NCBI RefSeq assembly: GCF_008831285.2
Contig: NC_045138.2
Span: 34,100,001-34,164,000 of the forward strand
From: Nymphaea colorata
Lineage: Eukaryota
DNA: 64,000 nucleotides
Direction: 5' to 3'
Shown here: piece by piece, positions 20,234 through 37,365 of the stretch
Layout: each line of letters starts with the position of its first letter
Numbering within the stretch: position 1 is the stretch's first letter
Position numbers and translations under genes: made by a program
The notes under the pieces: generated by a model
Database searches by the model: none
What the model saw: only the letters and a program-made list of their open reading frames with translations
Told to the model about the DNA's origin: nothing

Positions 20234-23200
20234 CCTGATTTTTTGAATGCGTCATGCATACTACCACCCTCCTATTAAGGTTGGAGGAGGGAGAGACATC
20301 GAGACAGACTGTGAAATGTTGGCACTCACAAATGTAAGAGAGAAAATCTGATCTCCTGATGGAAGTTGCTGCTGTCCTCCGCTTACTTCGCCGGAGACGG
20401 GATTCGTGAACCACATTTTTTTCAAGTGCAGTCTAGGAACGTAGTTGAACTTGTCTTCATCTGGTGATTGGACAAAAGGGTTCAAGTAAACAGAAGACCC
20501 TTCCACCAGGGCGAACACTTCCACCCAGTAGTTGTTCTCTGCGGTCGTGGACAGAGAAAGATAAAGTTTGTCATTTTTACCTAATATCTGACAAATTTAT
20601 TAAAAGTCATACAAAGTTCAAGGCCAGGAAGGCTTATGTCCATTAAGCATGGACCATTCAATCTTTTCCTCTCACATCACATGGCCATCACGTGGTTGAC
20701 AAAGAGATAAAATTTTTATTCTGTGAAAAGACTTTTTGGCTTTGCCAATTGCGTCGGGGGTTTACTTTCTATTTTTCATTCAAAGACGTTTTGGTCATTT
20801 GGCCCCGCAGAGCCGAGCATTCAATCTGTCGGAGTGCGATGGAAGACCCAGTCGTCATCCTCATCCATTCTCTCTCATTCTCCTTTTCATTTGATTGGAG
20901 AAAAGGTCGACAAAGATTTCTTGACATTTGCAAAGTTGCCTAAGTCCTGCCTATTATTGATTACTTTCTGCAGTGGGAAATGTATTCTCGTTGTTCGTCT
21001 TTTGGATGTTGTTCCCTAGAGGGCGTTTGGCCCCAAGAGGGTAAATAATTTATCTATGTCATGAGAAGAAACTTGGACAATTGATTTACGGCGAAATTTC
21101 TTTTCCTTGGATTTCAGTCGCCCTCCTCGCGGTGCGACTCAAATCCATGGAAACACATTCTGAATGTGCCTCCGATATCCAGCATTTGTTGGATGCGATC
21201 ATTTTTCTGAAACAAATAGATTTGGATCCTATGGCAATCAAACAACCCCCTAAGGGAGAAATTTCTGTAGCTTCGCAATCTCATCAAAGAGGGTGAACTT
21301 GAGGGTTCTCTAGTGGGCTCCATCTGCATCCTCTTCGTCTTCTCTCTCACTCACACTCTCTCTCTTCTCCTTCTTCTTCTTCTTCTTGGGCGTCAACCAG
21401 GGTCAGGCCACAGCTGGATGAAGAAAGTCAGAACGCTTTCAGTCCAATTCTGTTCACCTAGCAAGCAAATATGATGAGAAAACCGTTGCAACATCACGCA
21501 TGGATTTGGCAAGTTTTCCTTCCTTATTAACTCTGCTACTGTTGCCATTCATGCCTCATCTAGCCGTTAATGGGACGTTGAGAAATATTCCTTTATTGTA
21601 AATCTTTCACCAATGTATACTTATTCCTTGTAAGTCTGGAAAATAATGGAATGAAAAACCAGAGCGAGACTGCGTGATGTTTTTGCCGTGAATGTAGGAT
21701 TTACAAATCAGAACCATGTAAATCCGTGCGTGCACTCTCCTTCCTCCTCTTTCTCTCAAATTCTAACAAAATATCTCGATAAGATGGAAGAATATCTAGA
21801 TTTTACTTCTCGTGCATTTGATACCGTCCATCAAGATCACCATCAAACCTGCCCTCAAAGCTGGCAGCCTGGCACTGAATTTTGACTCGGGTTGCAGACC
21901 CGTCAAATTCTGCCGACTAGTTAGTTCTTGCTGAGTTCCAACCCAAGTTTCAAAAAATACTATGATTAGATCTAAATTTGAAACCGAATTTGAATAAATG
22001 TGATTAAATCTAGTTGAATTGGATGTAAAAACATTCTAAGTTTCTAACGAAATGGTCCAAAAAAAAAAGAATCAAAATTATAAAAAGTGATAAAGAGAAT
22101 CCACTCTCATGTGAAAATTGCAACCAGATTAAATATTGCATCTATTGAAGCAAAATAAATTTTAAATATTGATCTAAGTTGATCATTTTCAATCTGGTTA
22201 TTGTTGAAACTGATATACTTTCAGCACTAATGAAACACTGGTCTGCTCACAACCATGGGGCGCCTGATTACTTCTGATGATCTAGGACGATCTCATCCTC
22301 TGCAGCATCCGAGATATATGGGCTTAACGATCAGAATCATCCCAGAGTTTCTCCAATATAGATCACGTGCTTGCCCTAAAATCCCTTAGCTTGAATAACG
22401 ACAGATTTTGATGTGCAGATTTTCTTGCAACATCAGATCGATGATCTAGGATGACGAGTATAATACAAGTGTATACGTATCGCTGGGGAAATTTGGGAAT
22501 AAGATACTTATTTACTGCCATTAACCTTTTATGGACCATATTATAGGCAAGATTCGGTTTCTCTTACATGCTACCTGATGAAAATGAAGCCATGAATATA
22601 ATCAGATTATAAGGAGAACTGGATTAGAATATCATTCTTGCAGCCCTGCAGGGTGCTAGCACTAAGGAGGCAAATCGAACTGTTCCTGGGCCAGATTTCA
22701 GCACATATGAACTTGAACCCAAAGTACAACCATTGGATTGAGTTTACACAAGGTTCTGTAACAGCCCTGACAGATTATAGTTGAATCTCTTGAAATAATT
22801 TGTTACATAACTGGATTTTATAAAGAAAGCATATTGAACGACATGAAAATTGATGGTCATTTTGCAGGTAACAATCGCATCAAGATTAGGTTTTGATTGG
22901 ACTGGAAGCGAATCCAACTTCACATTGATAATTCTAATGCAAATAGTAATCCAAATATTCAAATAACATATTTATTCATTGACACGTATTCTAAACCCTT
23001 ACAGAATACACTTTACAACCCAACGAACAAAGCTGAAGGCTATGATAATCTTGAGTTGGCAAAAGAACACCCAAATTTGAAGGACATTTTGAACCCAAAT
23101 GGAGATTTTTACATAATGAGTGGCACAAGCTGACAAAACCAGAACAATTTTTTTTCAACTTCAGGCTTGATAACCTCCAAATCCACAGACAGTAATATCC

Positions 23201-23244
23201 CTAATTTGCGACAAACATGTCAATCATCACTCGCCTTGGATTCG

Positions 23245-27311
<4,067 letters not shown>

Positions 27312-28838
27312 TTTCGATTTCTTTCCTATAAACGTGATACTGTGGTCTAGGAGACCTTTATCTTTTCAATCTTTTCAATCTTTTAATCCGGAGACTGCCC
27401 AATCACGCATTTTTTCTTCTGCTATTTTTGGCTCCGCTAAGAACATAGTACACCGAGTGAATTGCGCCAATTGTGGTGTGAAATAATAAACCGGTCAAAA
27501 TAAGCGGCCAGAAGAGTATGGCGGTATCCAGAGAGTAGGGCCTACTAGATGCCACTGTTGATGGCAAATAATCATCTCTTATTACTCTTCCGGGTAAGCG
27601 CCTAGAAGAAGTCTCGCTTATTCAATGCTTGAAACAAGAATTTGCAATATATCCGACCCATTTATTCCACTCATTTGTTCCTGTCCTTCATAGATAAGAA
27701 CTGATCAGACATGACTCTTGTCCGGAAGACGGCTGCCTGCCTGTGAGCTACACAAGATTGTTGTCATGTAGCAAACAACCTCTCGCTTACCATTTAAATT
27801 TTTGAAAAGAGTAACGGAAACTTATTTATGTATGGATGTTGTACATTTACCTATTGGAATCCATTGGAGGAGTAATTAAGTACAACATGTTCTAAAAAAT
27901 AGACCATGTTTTTGCTATACCACAAGAAAGTCAAAAGCCTTTGATATAGCTGCTTCTTTTAAAAGCACAGCGACGGCAAACGTGGTTCCCTTCATTCCGA
28001 TTCTCCCAAGGGTAAAAGCAGGTCAGTTCGCTTCTCGAGAAATTTGATGAGCAAAGAATTAACAAATCGGAAACACCCCATGTTTGATGGAAAGATGCAA
28101 TTCACTGACATTCTTGTAGGTTGAAGAAAGATCAATTCTTATTATCAAATGGAAGAAATCGATCGAGTAAGGTTTTCCTTCGGCAGATACAAGAACAAAG
28201 CGACTAAACGTGTACCTTTTCTAAGGGGTTTTCTCTGTCATAATTTCGACTCAAAGACATTTTGGTCATTCGGCCCCAACATTGACTTGAATGACAGTGG
28301 TCGATCGCATTTACTTCATTTGTGCGGGCGAAGACCCAGCCATCATCCTCATCTATGACTATACTCTCTCTCGGTCTTTTTTGTTTTTTATTAAAACAAC
28401 AAAAAAAAATCCAAGTCGACGAAAAGATTCATGTTACTCGATTTTGATAGGTTAAACAATGCATCTTTGATGTGAAATTTTTGGATAATTAATTTAAGGT
28501 GATCGCTAGTGTCTAGACTCTAGAGAGGGAATTTATTTTGGGTGGACCATGTATCCATTGTTTGATTAACATTATTTAACATTTTCTTTTTTTAATATAT
28601 ATTTAATTTTTAAGAATTTACTATTGTAAAATTAAAAAAAAAAAAAAATGTATGCCGACTAGTTTTGCTGGTCGGTAATCTGCTTAATAATAAAGACTCT
28701 TCATGAACCAACCAACAACCTAACAGGAACTAAATTAGAGGCGAGATCGCTTGAACTAGCATTTCAATTTTTTAAAAATATGGTCGTATTTGTTTGTTTC
28801 CTTGTTTTGTTGGTACGCCTTTACAATGAAACCGGTTT

Positions 28839-29561
28839 CTACTGCTTGAAGAAGGGATAAATCTCATATCGAAGACTGCAACTTCCAGAAACGGACCTTC
28901 CTCCTTTCTTCCCACCACAGAAGCTTGGAAGGCTAGCAATTGCGTTATCAAGACAAGTCTTGCAATCTGCGCTAGACAGATCTCTGGTGCATTCAGCCAG
29001 CCCATAGATATTTGATCCTTCTCCAGATTCAATCACGCCGACTGCATAGTATAAGGGGCTAGTTGATGCACCTCTTGACAGGGCAGACATTAGTTCTCCC
29101 TCTCTCTTGTTGAATACTTCCGGATTGCTCACGTTCTGGGTGTTGCATATAAAGAACCTGTTCTCTGAGTCGATCTTACCGAAGAATTGTAAATCCGAGT
29201 AGCGCAGCATGCAATTATCATACCATATGATTCCCTGCTTTTGATTGGGACAACGCTGCTGGATAGCAATGGAGGCATCTTTGACGCAGGTCCGGCAGTC
29301 ACTGCCAGAAACAGCACCCCTGCAGAGAGAAAGACCGCTCACGCGGTCTGAATTCTTTCCGGCACTGCTCATGCTGAATCCAGTGGCTGCAGTCTTTATG
29401 TTCAGGGATAACAGAACGCGCTGGAGATTGAAGCTGGTGGAGGTGTAGTTTGATGAGCCTGCGCAGCGATGAAGCAGAGGTTCTGCTCCATAGCTGGTGG
29501 GTTGCAGCGAAAGGGCTACGGTTAGAGCTAAGGCGAGATAAACCAACTTGGGTGACGACAT
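28839..29561 (-). CDS. CRRSP: Cysteine-rich repeat secretory protein (2x DUF26, no TM), single exon, 240 aa
   Basis: ATG at 29561 (MSSPKLVYLALALTVALSL signal). CRGAVSGSDCRTC and CTRDLSSADCKTC motifs. Ends [13 protein letters not shown], directly after the second DUF26. Confidence 0.93.
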   Translation of the reverse strand: MSSPKLVYLALALTVALSLQPTSYGAEPLLHRCAGSSNYTSTSFNLQRVLLSLNIKTAATGFSMSSAGKNSDRVSGLSLCRGAVSGSDCRTCVKDASIAIQQRCPNQKQGIIWYDNCMLRYSDLQFFGKIDSENRFFICNTQNVSNPEVFNKREGELMSALSRGASTSPLYYAVGVIESGEGSNIYGLAECTRDLSSADCKTCLDNAIASLPSFCGGKKGGRSVSGSCSLRYEIYPFFKQ

Positions 29562-31372
29562 TTTGAAGATCAAGGAAGCCTCGAGTGAAGAAGGTGATCA
29601 ATGGGAGTTTTGGTTGTATTTCTTGCTTGCTTTGATGGATTGTAGTGGAAAATACTACAGATATATTTATATACAGAAGAGGACGAGAGCTGCATGCCTT
29701 GTACAGGATATACGTGTCGACTCATTCAGGTAGAAATGGTCTTTCGTTCAAGCCGTCGCTGAAGACTTATTTGGGCACGGATGATGTCTCATATATCGTT
29801 TACAAAATGGAGAAATATATCTAATTGAGTGACTCAATCTTGCTACAGCTTCAAAAGATATGCCTTAAACATTGATTGATTTCCTAATAGGGGGCTGAAC
29901 TTTATTTTGCCGCATTGGAACAGGTGAAATTGTACGCTTGAGATGCTACAAAATATAAAGTTTTTTTGCGAATTAATTCTATCGAATAGGTAGGGAACAT
30001 GGCACAGACTCGCCAAATTCTCAACCTGAGTTAAAGAGCGATGGTAATGGCCGTTTGCGATTTTCAGAAAAGCTTCTAGATGAAAAAAAAATTCCCTTGA
30101 AAAAGAAAGGTAGTCTTTTATTATGTTGAACGAAATAAGGTAGGAGCTGGTCCAGTCAAATAAGAACGGAAGAAGAATATGCGAAGCTGGAAGGGTCCAA
30201 GATTACTTTTATATTTTTATCTTATAAAAGTAGGTGAGGTGATGGGTACAGTTTGGACTTGTTCGGCGACCCGTTCTCATTTATCCTTTCAAGATTAATT
30301 CACAAGAAATTAAAACTCATGTCTTCAGATACGCGCGTTTGTGGCTCTGTATGATGTAAGCGGGTTGAACATAGACAACCCCATATCCGCATTTCCCAGT
30401 CTGAATATGGTCTGGTCCATTCTGATTTGGATAGGGAGGGTCCACATTAATTTGATTTGATCTAGAAATTGAAGCCGGATGAGATCGTCTTTTAGCCGAG
30501 CCCAAGTATGACCAAGTAGCAATATCTTCACATAGTCTCAAAAAATATGCGAGTGACAAAACATCACTGAAAATCCGTTTTGATGTTTTATGTTTTGCCC
30601 TTATCATTGACCCCAAATTCATGACACCAGAGGTTTAATCCTTCTACCGTCGTCGACTTTAAATTATTTTACGCGTGGAACTTGCACGGCATTCTTGTCA
30701 ATGAAAAGGTTCTGGATCTTTAGTTGCTTGGCCGGTAACTTAGGCAAAAAGGAAAAAAAAAAGAAACTAAAGGGAAAAATAGAGTTAACAAGTATAAGAA
30801 ATAAAGAGAAGTAAGAAAATAAAATAAACATTACTAAGAACTCAAGGCAAATAGGAGCTTGCCCAGTGACTTTTGGCGTCATCTCTTTTGCGACATAATT
30901 TAACATGAAGAAGAACTGGCCATATAAAATACGCAAAAAGGAAGGGGAGAGGGAGAGAGTGCATTTAGCTTAATAATGGCGTTGGTTCATATATAATCAC
31001 CGTAAGTACTGGAAAAATGTTTATCCACAATCTCTCATTAGTTTGACTGAAAAGTTGTCAGAAAGAAAAAAAAAACTGTGTCTACGTGTAAAATCGAAGA
31101 CTAAAGTTCCTGTCATTGCTTCAAACTTTGATGTAACAAAAAGTACAATTTGCATTCAGGGATGACATATAGTTGCAATTTCACAGACGCTCACAAGTGA
31201 TGGTCAAAGTTGGCAAAGAAGTAGTTGCTGTAAAACCTTGTAAAGCCCGTAGATGTTGGTAGGAAGAGCAAGGGCGTCCACGATCCATCTTCTTAGATGT
31301 TGCCTCTCTTCAAGGAGAAACCAAGGAAAGTGCAAAGGAAAAAAAAATCAGGAAGATCCACACCATTTTAAG

Positions 31373-34300
31373 TCAGTGCATCCATATACCATCAATGTAA
31401 AAAGCTTCATGCGTGGCTAAGGCAGCATCAGAACGATCAATTATGACACTATTGTCTGGTTCTCTACGGGCAGTGAAAAATGACGGAGGTGAAGGAGAAA
31501 GCAGTATCTGAGAGTCTGCGCTGAGCATGTAAACAACAGAGGACATAGTAGGCCTATCAGTTGGATTCTCTTGAGTACACAATAGAGCAATCTGAATACA
31601 TCTCAGCACTTCAGCTATTCCACATGTTCTGCCCACAATTGGATCGACTAGTTCTACCGCTTTTCGGTCTCTCCAAAGTGTCCAGGCCTGCAAAGTTCCG
31701 AATCTCATCTTAAGACATTCTAGTCTTTTGGAATTCACTTTGAATTGCACACAAGGTGAGAAGCAATGAGTGCTTACATGAACAAGGAGATTGTATCCTC
31801 CAGTGCCCAATTGATAAGGAATGCTCCTACGACCGCTTACAATCTCCAATAACAAAATACCAAAACTGTAAACGTCTGATTTAACAGAAATCTGATCTTC
31901 AGTTGAACACTCAGGTGCCATACATCCTCTGTATGTAAACGAAAAATATGTCGCGAGTTAAATGAATTCGTCATTCCTTTGCAAATGGTAGTTGGTGATT
32001 GCAACAAGCTTACATTGTTCCAGCGATGCCGATTATGCTGCTTGTGGCTGCCTGAGATGGGTCTCCTCTGGCATTCCTTGCGCAAACGACGCCAAAATCT
32101 GCAATTTTAGGGTTCATCTCCTCATCTAATAGAACGTTACTGGCTTTGAGATTCCTGTGGATTATCTTCTGTGGAGAATCTTCATGAATATAAAGAAGCC
32201 CTCGTGCTATGCCACCAATTATCTTTAGGCGCGTTGGCCAATCCAAAGCTATGGCTCTGTCAGGATCTGGAGCTCATCACAGTTATTAGGTTCAAGCATA
32301 TTTTACTGCAAGTCCGAGTTCAGTCCAAGCCTAAGATCACTAATGCATAAAAAAAGAGAAAGAGCTTACTTATTTCTGGTTGTGAAAAGCATGGTTAATA
32401 ACCTTGAAAAAGTCTATAATATGCTTAATCTATGAAAATTAATGCATGTTCAAGGGCAAAATCAGATGTTCGATTCTTGCTATCATTATGATCGATCCTC
32501 ACAGAAAGTTCCCATAGAAAGAACAGCAAGACTAAGATTTAAGGAAATAAAACCTGGCTGTCCAACAATCGGACAGTCTGCAGGGTACTCGTTTTCCTAT
32601 ATTCTGTAACTAAGAAACCCTCTGAATTGGGGAACTTAAAATTGCTACCTTCTATGAAGTTGACTTGACCTCTAAATCATTCATGTTGAAGGTTGATGGA
32701 CGTTAGAAAGGGCTGTGATGATTCAAATATGTTGCATGATATTAAAACCTCAAGGTTTCATGTATGCTCAGATGGTTATCCATTTTGCGGCGCAGTTCAG
32801 ATAAAAAATGATGAGAAAATAAAATTACACATAAGAGATAATTACGAGATGTCTTTCTGCACTAGCACTGATTAAGTGACCACCAAAGTTTATGGTAATA
32901 CAAACTTGCACAACTTTGATCTCTTCTATGGAAAAAGAGAGATGACTGCGGATCATGTTGAGTTAAAAAGGCTACCAGCTTCTTGCTTTCTAAGATAAAG
33001 CTAAGAATGCTATTAGTAAAGACTGCAGAGAAGCAAGGGAATTTACAGTCTCAAAAGGAATGTGACCAGCAGGGGCGTTCAACAGAGGTTTGTAGCAAGA
33101 GAAACTTCTACGAGGTCAAATATTATGTTTTCCACCAATTTGTTACACTAACATGCAGGAAATGGTACTTATGTTGCTTTCATCAAAGAGTGCAGGCAAG
33201 ACAGAGTCATCCGCAGGCATGAAGCGTCTATATCTAATGTTTGCCTCCATCATTCAAACATTTCTAAAAAGAATTTGAGCAATATATATTTGAGGGAAAC
33301 TAATTTGACTCACCAAATATAAACTTATCGAGGCTGGTGTTGGGCACAAATTCATAGATGAGCAATTTTTCATGTCCCTCTGCGCAGTATCCCAATAGCT
33401 GAACAAGATTCTTGTGTCGAAGACTTGCAACGAGCTCCACCTCGTTCTTGAACTCCACAATCCCTTGTATTGATTCCATGGACAACCTTTTTACTGCAAC
33501 AACTCGGCCATTCGTCAGTTTGCCCTGCAGTATACGCATGAGTGAGCATCCTGTCACGTATCTAAAGCCGACCAGACAATTTCGCACTTGCGTCCTCCCC
33601 CAACTGGTCCTTCAGTTCAGTTAGCTCTCTCTTTTTCGTTTCTCTTCTTCTAATACCAATGAAACTGTTCAACTTGAAAGTGTAATAAATTGGTCCACCA
33701 TAGACAAATCAACTTCCTATTGGGTTAGTCTTAATGAAAACACTCCGCAAAATCTGCCGATCTGCAACTGAATCAATTATTTGAGCCTAGAAGGCCGATT
33801 CAATTACCTCTAATTTTTTCTTGATGCATCTGGCCGTCAGATTAATGCGTCTAGTTGTTAGAAACTAATTTTTTGAACAATTCTGACTGAAACCAACTGC
33901 AAACAGATCTTAATGAAGTAAAATTAATAAACTCATTTGTTCGATCGTTACCATATAGACAGGGCCGTTTCCACCTTCTCCAATCCTGTTTGCGTCAGAG
34001 AAATTGTTCGTGGCAGCTCTAATTGCATCAAGATCAAAACGCAATGAATCGTTAGGCCTCAGATTCTCCACACCTGCTGATAAGTTAGATTAACTTTTGT
34101 GCTTCAGTCTAGAGAACTTTTTCTCAGGGCACAGCGAAAACCCTGCTTTCTTCAAAATAAGGGAATGGCAATCATGATAGAACGTAAAAGCACATAGCTC
34201 ATCACCTTGTGGTTCTGTTCTTCTTTTCTTCACTAAGCAAGCACAGAGGCCTAAACCAGCTGCTCCGAACAGAACCGCAGCGGAGATTGCAATAATAATT

Positions 34301-35679
34301 ATTTTCACTTTTCCTGCGTTTGGGATGAAAGTCTTTAGGCAATTCACGTTTCACCGTTTCCAAAGTCGGGAAAAAAAAATCGTAATGATGAATTTTGTTA
34401 AAAATCAATTAATGGCAACAAAAAAACGATATTAATGATGAATATTATGCAGGCATCACTGATGATAACAATTTTGAGGGAAGATGTGCGTATCAGATCT
34501 GTGAATTGTCACACACCCTGCGTACTGCTTAAGAGGTCACAGGGGTGAGGAAGGAGGAAAATAGTTTTAACATATCTCATGTCTTAAAGGAGGACATAAC
34601 AGGTTTTCTATGCATACATACTATCTTTTATGCAGCACCGTTAGAGATGTTGAGAGGTGCTTGATGCGTAACCTGAGAAATGCTAAGATGGATAGCCTAC
34701 ATATGTGGAGATTGGCACATCATCAGATTACATGCAATTGCATGTTAATTAATCTTAATCTGAGAAAGAAGATTAAGTGCGGTGTTTCACTGTCGGAGGT
34801 TCATCTTTTAACGAAGATAGTATTGGGTGGGTGTGTGTGTGCTTCTGTTCTTCACGATCAAACCCGAAAGGACTCACCGCTAACAGCGCTGCTTTTTTTC
34901 AGCTGCGAACTAGACGGTGGCTGCGTGCCTGAAACTTGCAAGAGAAAAGGTTGTACATCATACCGTGCATTGCAACCGTCATGCCAAACTCGGGCGCTAT
35001 TTGTGGAACTGCACTGGCTCGCACTGAAGTACACCAGAGCTTGCAAACAAGCAAGGCAATCGTTGCCACTTAGGTCTCTCCTGCACTGCACCATGCCGTA
35101 GATCTTCTTCGACTCCGTGACGTCGATCTCGCCGGCTGCAAACATGTTGGTTGACGGATCAGTAGCCGCAGCGGACGTCAGGTTCAGCATCAGGGGCGCC
35201 AACTGCTTGCCGAAAAGGCTTGGGTTCGATTCACCGTTTCCGCCGCAGGTGACGTACAGCTTCCCGAAGGGGTCGCCGAGAAAGGAGTCGTTGGAGTAGC
35301 GGATGTAACAGTGATCGTACCATACGCTGGCGTCTGTGCTTTGTGGGCAGAGCTGCATCATGTCTGCAGTCCCATTGCTCAAACACGATTGGCAGTCGTT
35401 GACGGAGACGTCGCCGCGGCAGAGAGCGACGCCGTAAACTTGATCAGGGGTTTCGCCGGCGGTTGTGGTGATGTAACCGCCGGTGGGAGGCATGGCTGTT
35501 AGGGAACGAAACACCTGGGTCAGGCTTTGCTGGAAGGCGCTGTTGTCTGCGTATTTGATGCCGTAGTAGCATCTGTGAAGAAGGGGATTCGCTGAGCAAG
35601 GCGAGAATATGAGCACAAGGACAGCAAGAAGAACGTAGCGGTGGCGCCATGGATGCCTGGTTGATCCTGGTGGATGCAT
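31373..35679 (-). CDS. CRK: Cysteine-rich receptor-like kinase with degenerate kinase motifs (probable pseudokinase), 7 exons, ~653 aa (CRK-c)
   Basis: Exons 35679-34878, 34313-34206, 34073-33952, 33524-33314, 32266-32014, 31928-31778, 31687-31373 (1962 nt, open). Two DUF26 motifs; [34 protein letters not shown]. Confidence 0.9.
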
Positions 35680-37281
35680 GTCATTAAAATGGTTGACAGG
35701 AAAAAAAGGAACGTTCTTCTTGGAATGATTGATTGATCGATCTCATTCTCATCATAGAAACCCACAAGAAAGAAGGGAATCCAAAAGTCACAAGTTGACC
35801 TCCGGGTGAAAGGAGAGTTGAAAGCCACCAAAACTTAAATTTTCAGAATGCATGACGTGCAGATCACATCATCGATTTGCAAACAGCCAATCCAAACCGA
35901 TGGGCAAATAGTCTCCTAACCAAGATGTCATCAGCCACTGCCTTTGCGTATTAATTTTCATCAGTTATTTTAATAACGACAAAAGAAATTTTTGTAATGA
36001 AAAAAAAAAATAAAAAAATTGCGAATTCGATAAAAGCAAATTTATCAATTCATATATGCAGATCATTGTGAACAATATATTTCTTTAAAACAGTAAAATT
36101 TCGTTTTTTTTTGTCTCGTTCATATTGTTATTTTATTATTTCATAAATATTTTATTATCTAATACTTACGTTTACTGTTATCTCATATATCTTTTATTAT
36201 CTTGCACCTATTTGTTATTTCATATTTATTTATTATCTCACACAAAATAAATATAATCTTATTGGACATCTTATATATACGGAGGCAGCCTACAAAATTC
36301 AGTCATGCCGATTGAGAGGGGTTGTGAGCTCTCATAATTTTTAGAGAAATTTAAACATAGCAAGCTAGTTTTTAGAGATCGGCCCAATACTTAGAAAAAC
36401 ACAAATGATCGGATAACTCTACAAAACAATTTTAAGAACGTATGATGCCCAACCATTTCTTTTAATAAAAAGTACCCGCGAATGAAGTGCTCTTACAATT
36501 TACTTTTTTTCTTTTTTTGTTATTGTCCCTTTTAAGCTATAGCCTTTTTTTTTTCCGTGAGATTATAGAAACAAAGGCAAGAAAGGGACAAATATAGAAT
36601 TGTGTAAAAATGACTTAGGGAGACCCATGTTAGTGAAGTTCTCAGAAGAAATTATCTCTTAGGCAAAATAGTTGTTTTAAGTATACTTTAATGTTCACGT
36701 TCATATGAATATCCATGAAAAAGTTGAAATGTGTTTAAAAACATTATTTGAGCTTTAAATAATACTTCTAAATAGCAATTTTTTTTATTTACAAAAACCA
36801 TTTTTTGAAGGGGTTCATCCAAACGCTACCAGTATTTGTTTGCAACTTTCCCTTCAAATTTGCCTCTTTTTAAGTGTAATTATTAGAAAGAAAAAGGCAA
36901 GAACGACAGAAATACAGAATTCCGAGAATTTGACTAAAAAAATGACAAACCTGTAATATCTTTAATTTATATCAAGGTAATTAGTCCTTTTAGTATATTT
37001 TAATATTTTCATTCATAAAGCATGCATTTACGAATGTTTTATAAAATCAAGTATTTGACTGTTCAGTTATTTGTGAATATAGAAAATATTGAATAGCTTT
37101 TTTATATTTTTTAGTTTTTTGAATGGCAAGGAAAACACTCGAGGATGGACGCTTTAGTTAATGGCCCGCTGTTTGAGGCAAAGACTTGTAGTTAGTAGGG
37201 GAGCTATTTGTTGGTTAGGGTGGGCTATTGCCCACACCAACCCGTCAAAAATTGCATTACAAATATCTCAACATTGCATTG

Positions 37282-37365
37282 GTCTGACTTTAAAATTATA
37301 TACAATGCCTACGCCAAATTTGTGTCTGACTTTAAAATTATATACAATGCCTACGCCAAATTTGT
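37282..37365. repeat. Perfect 42-bp tandem duplication
   Basis: gtctgactttaaaattatatacaatgcctacgccaaatttgt occurs twice. Confidence 0.95.
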
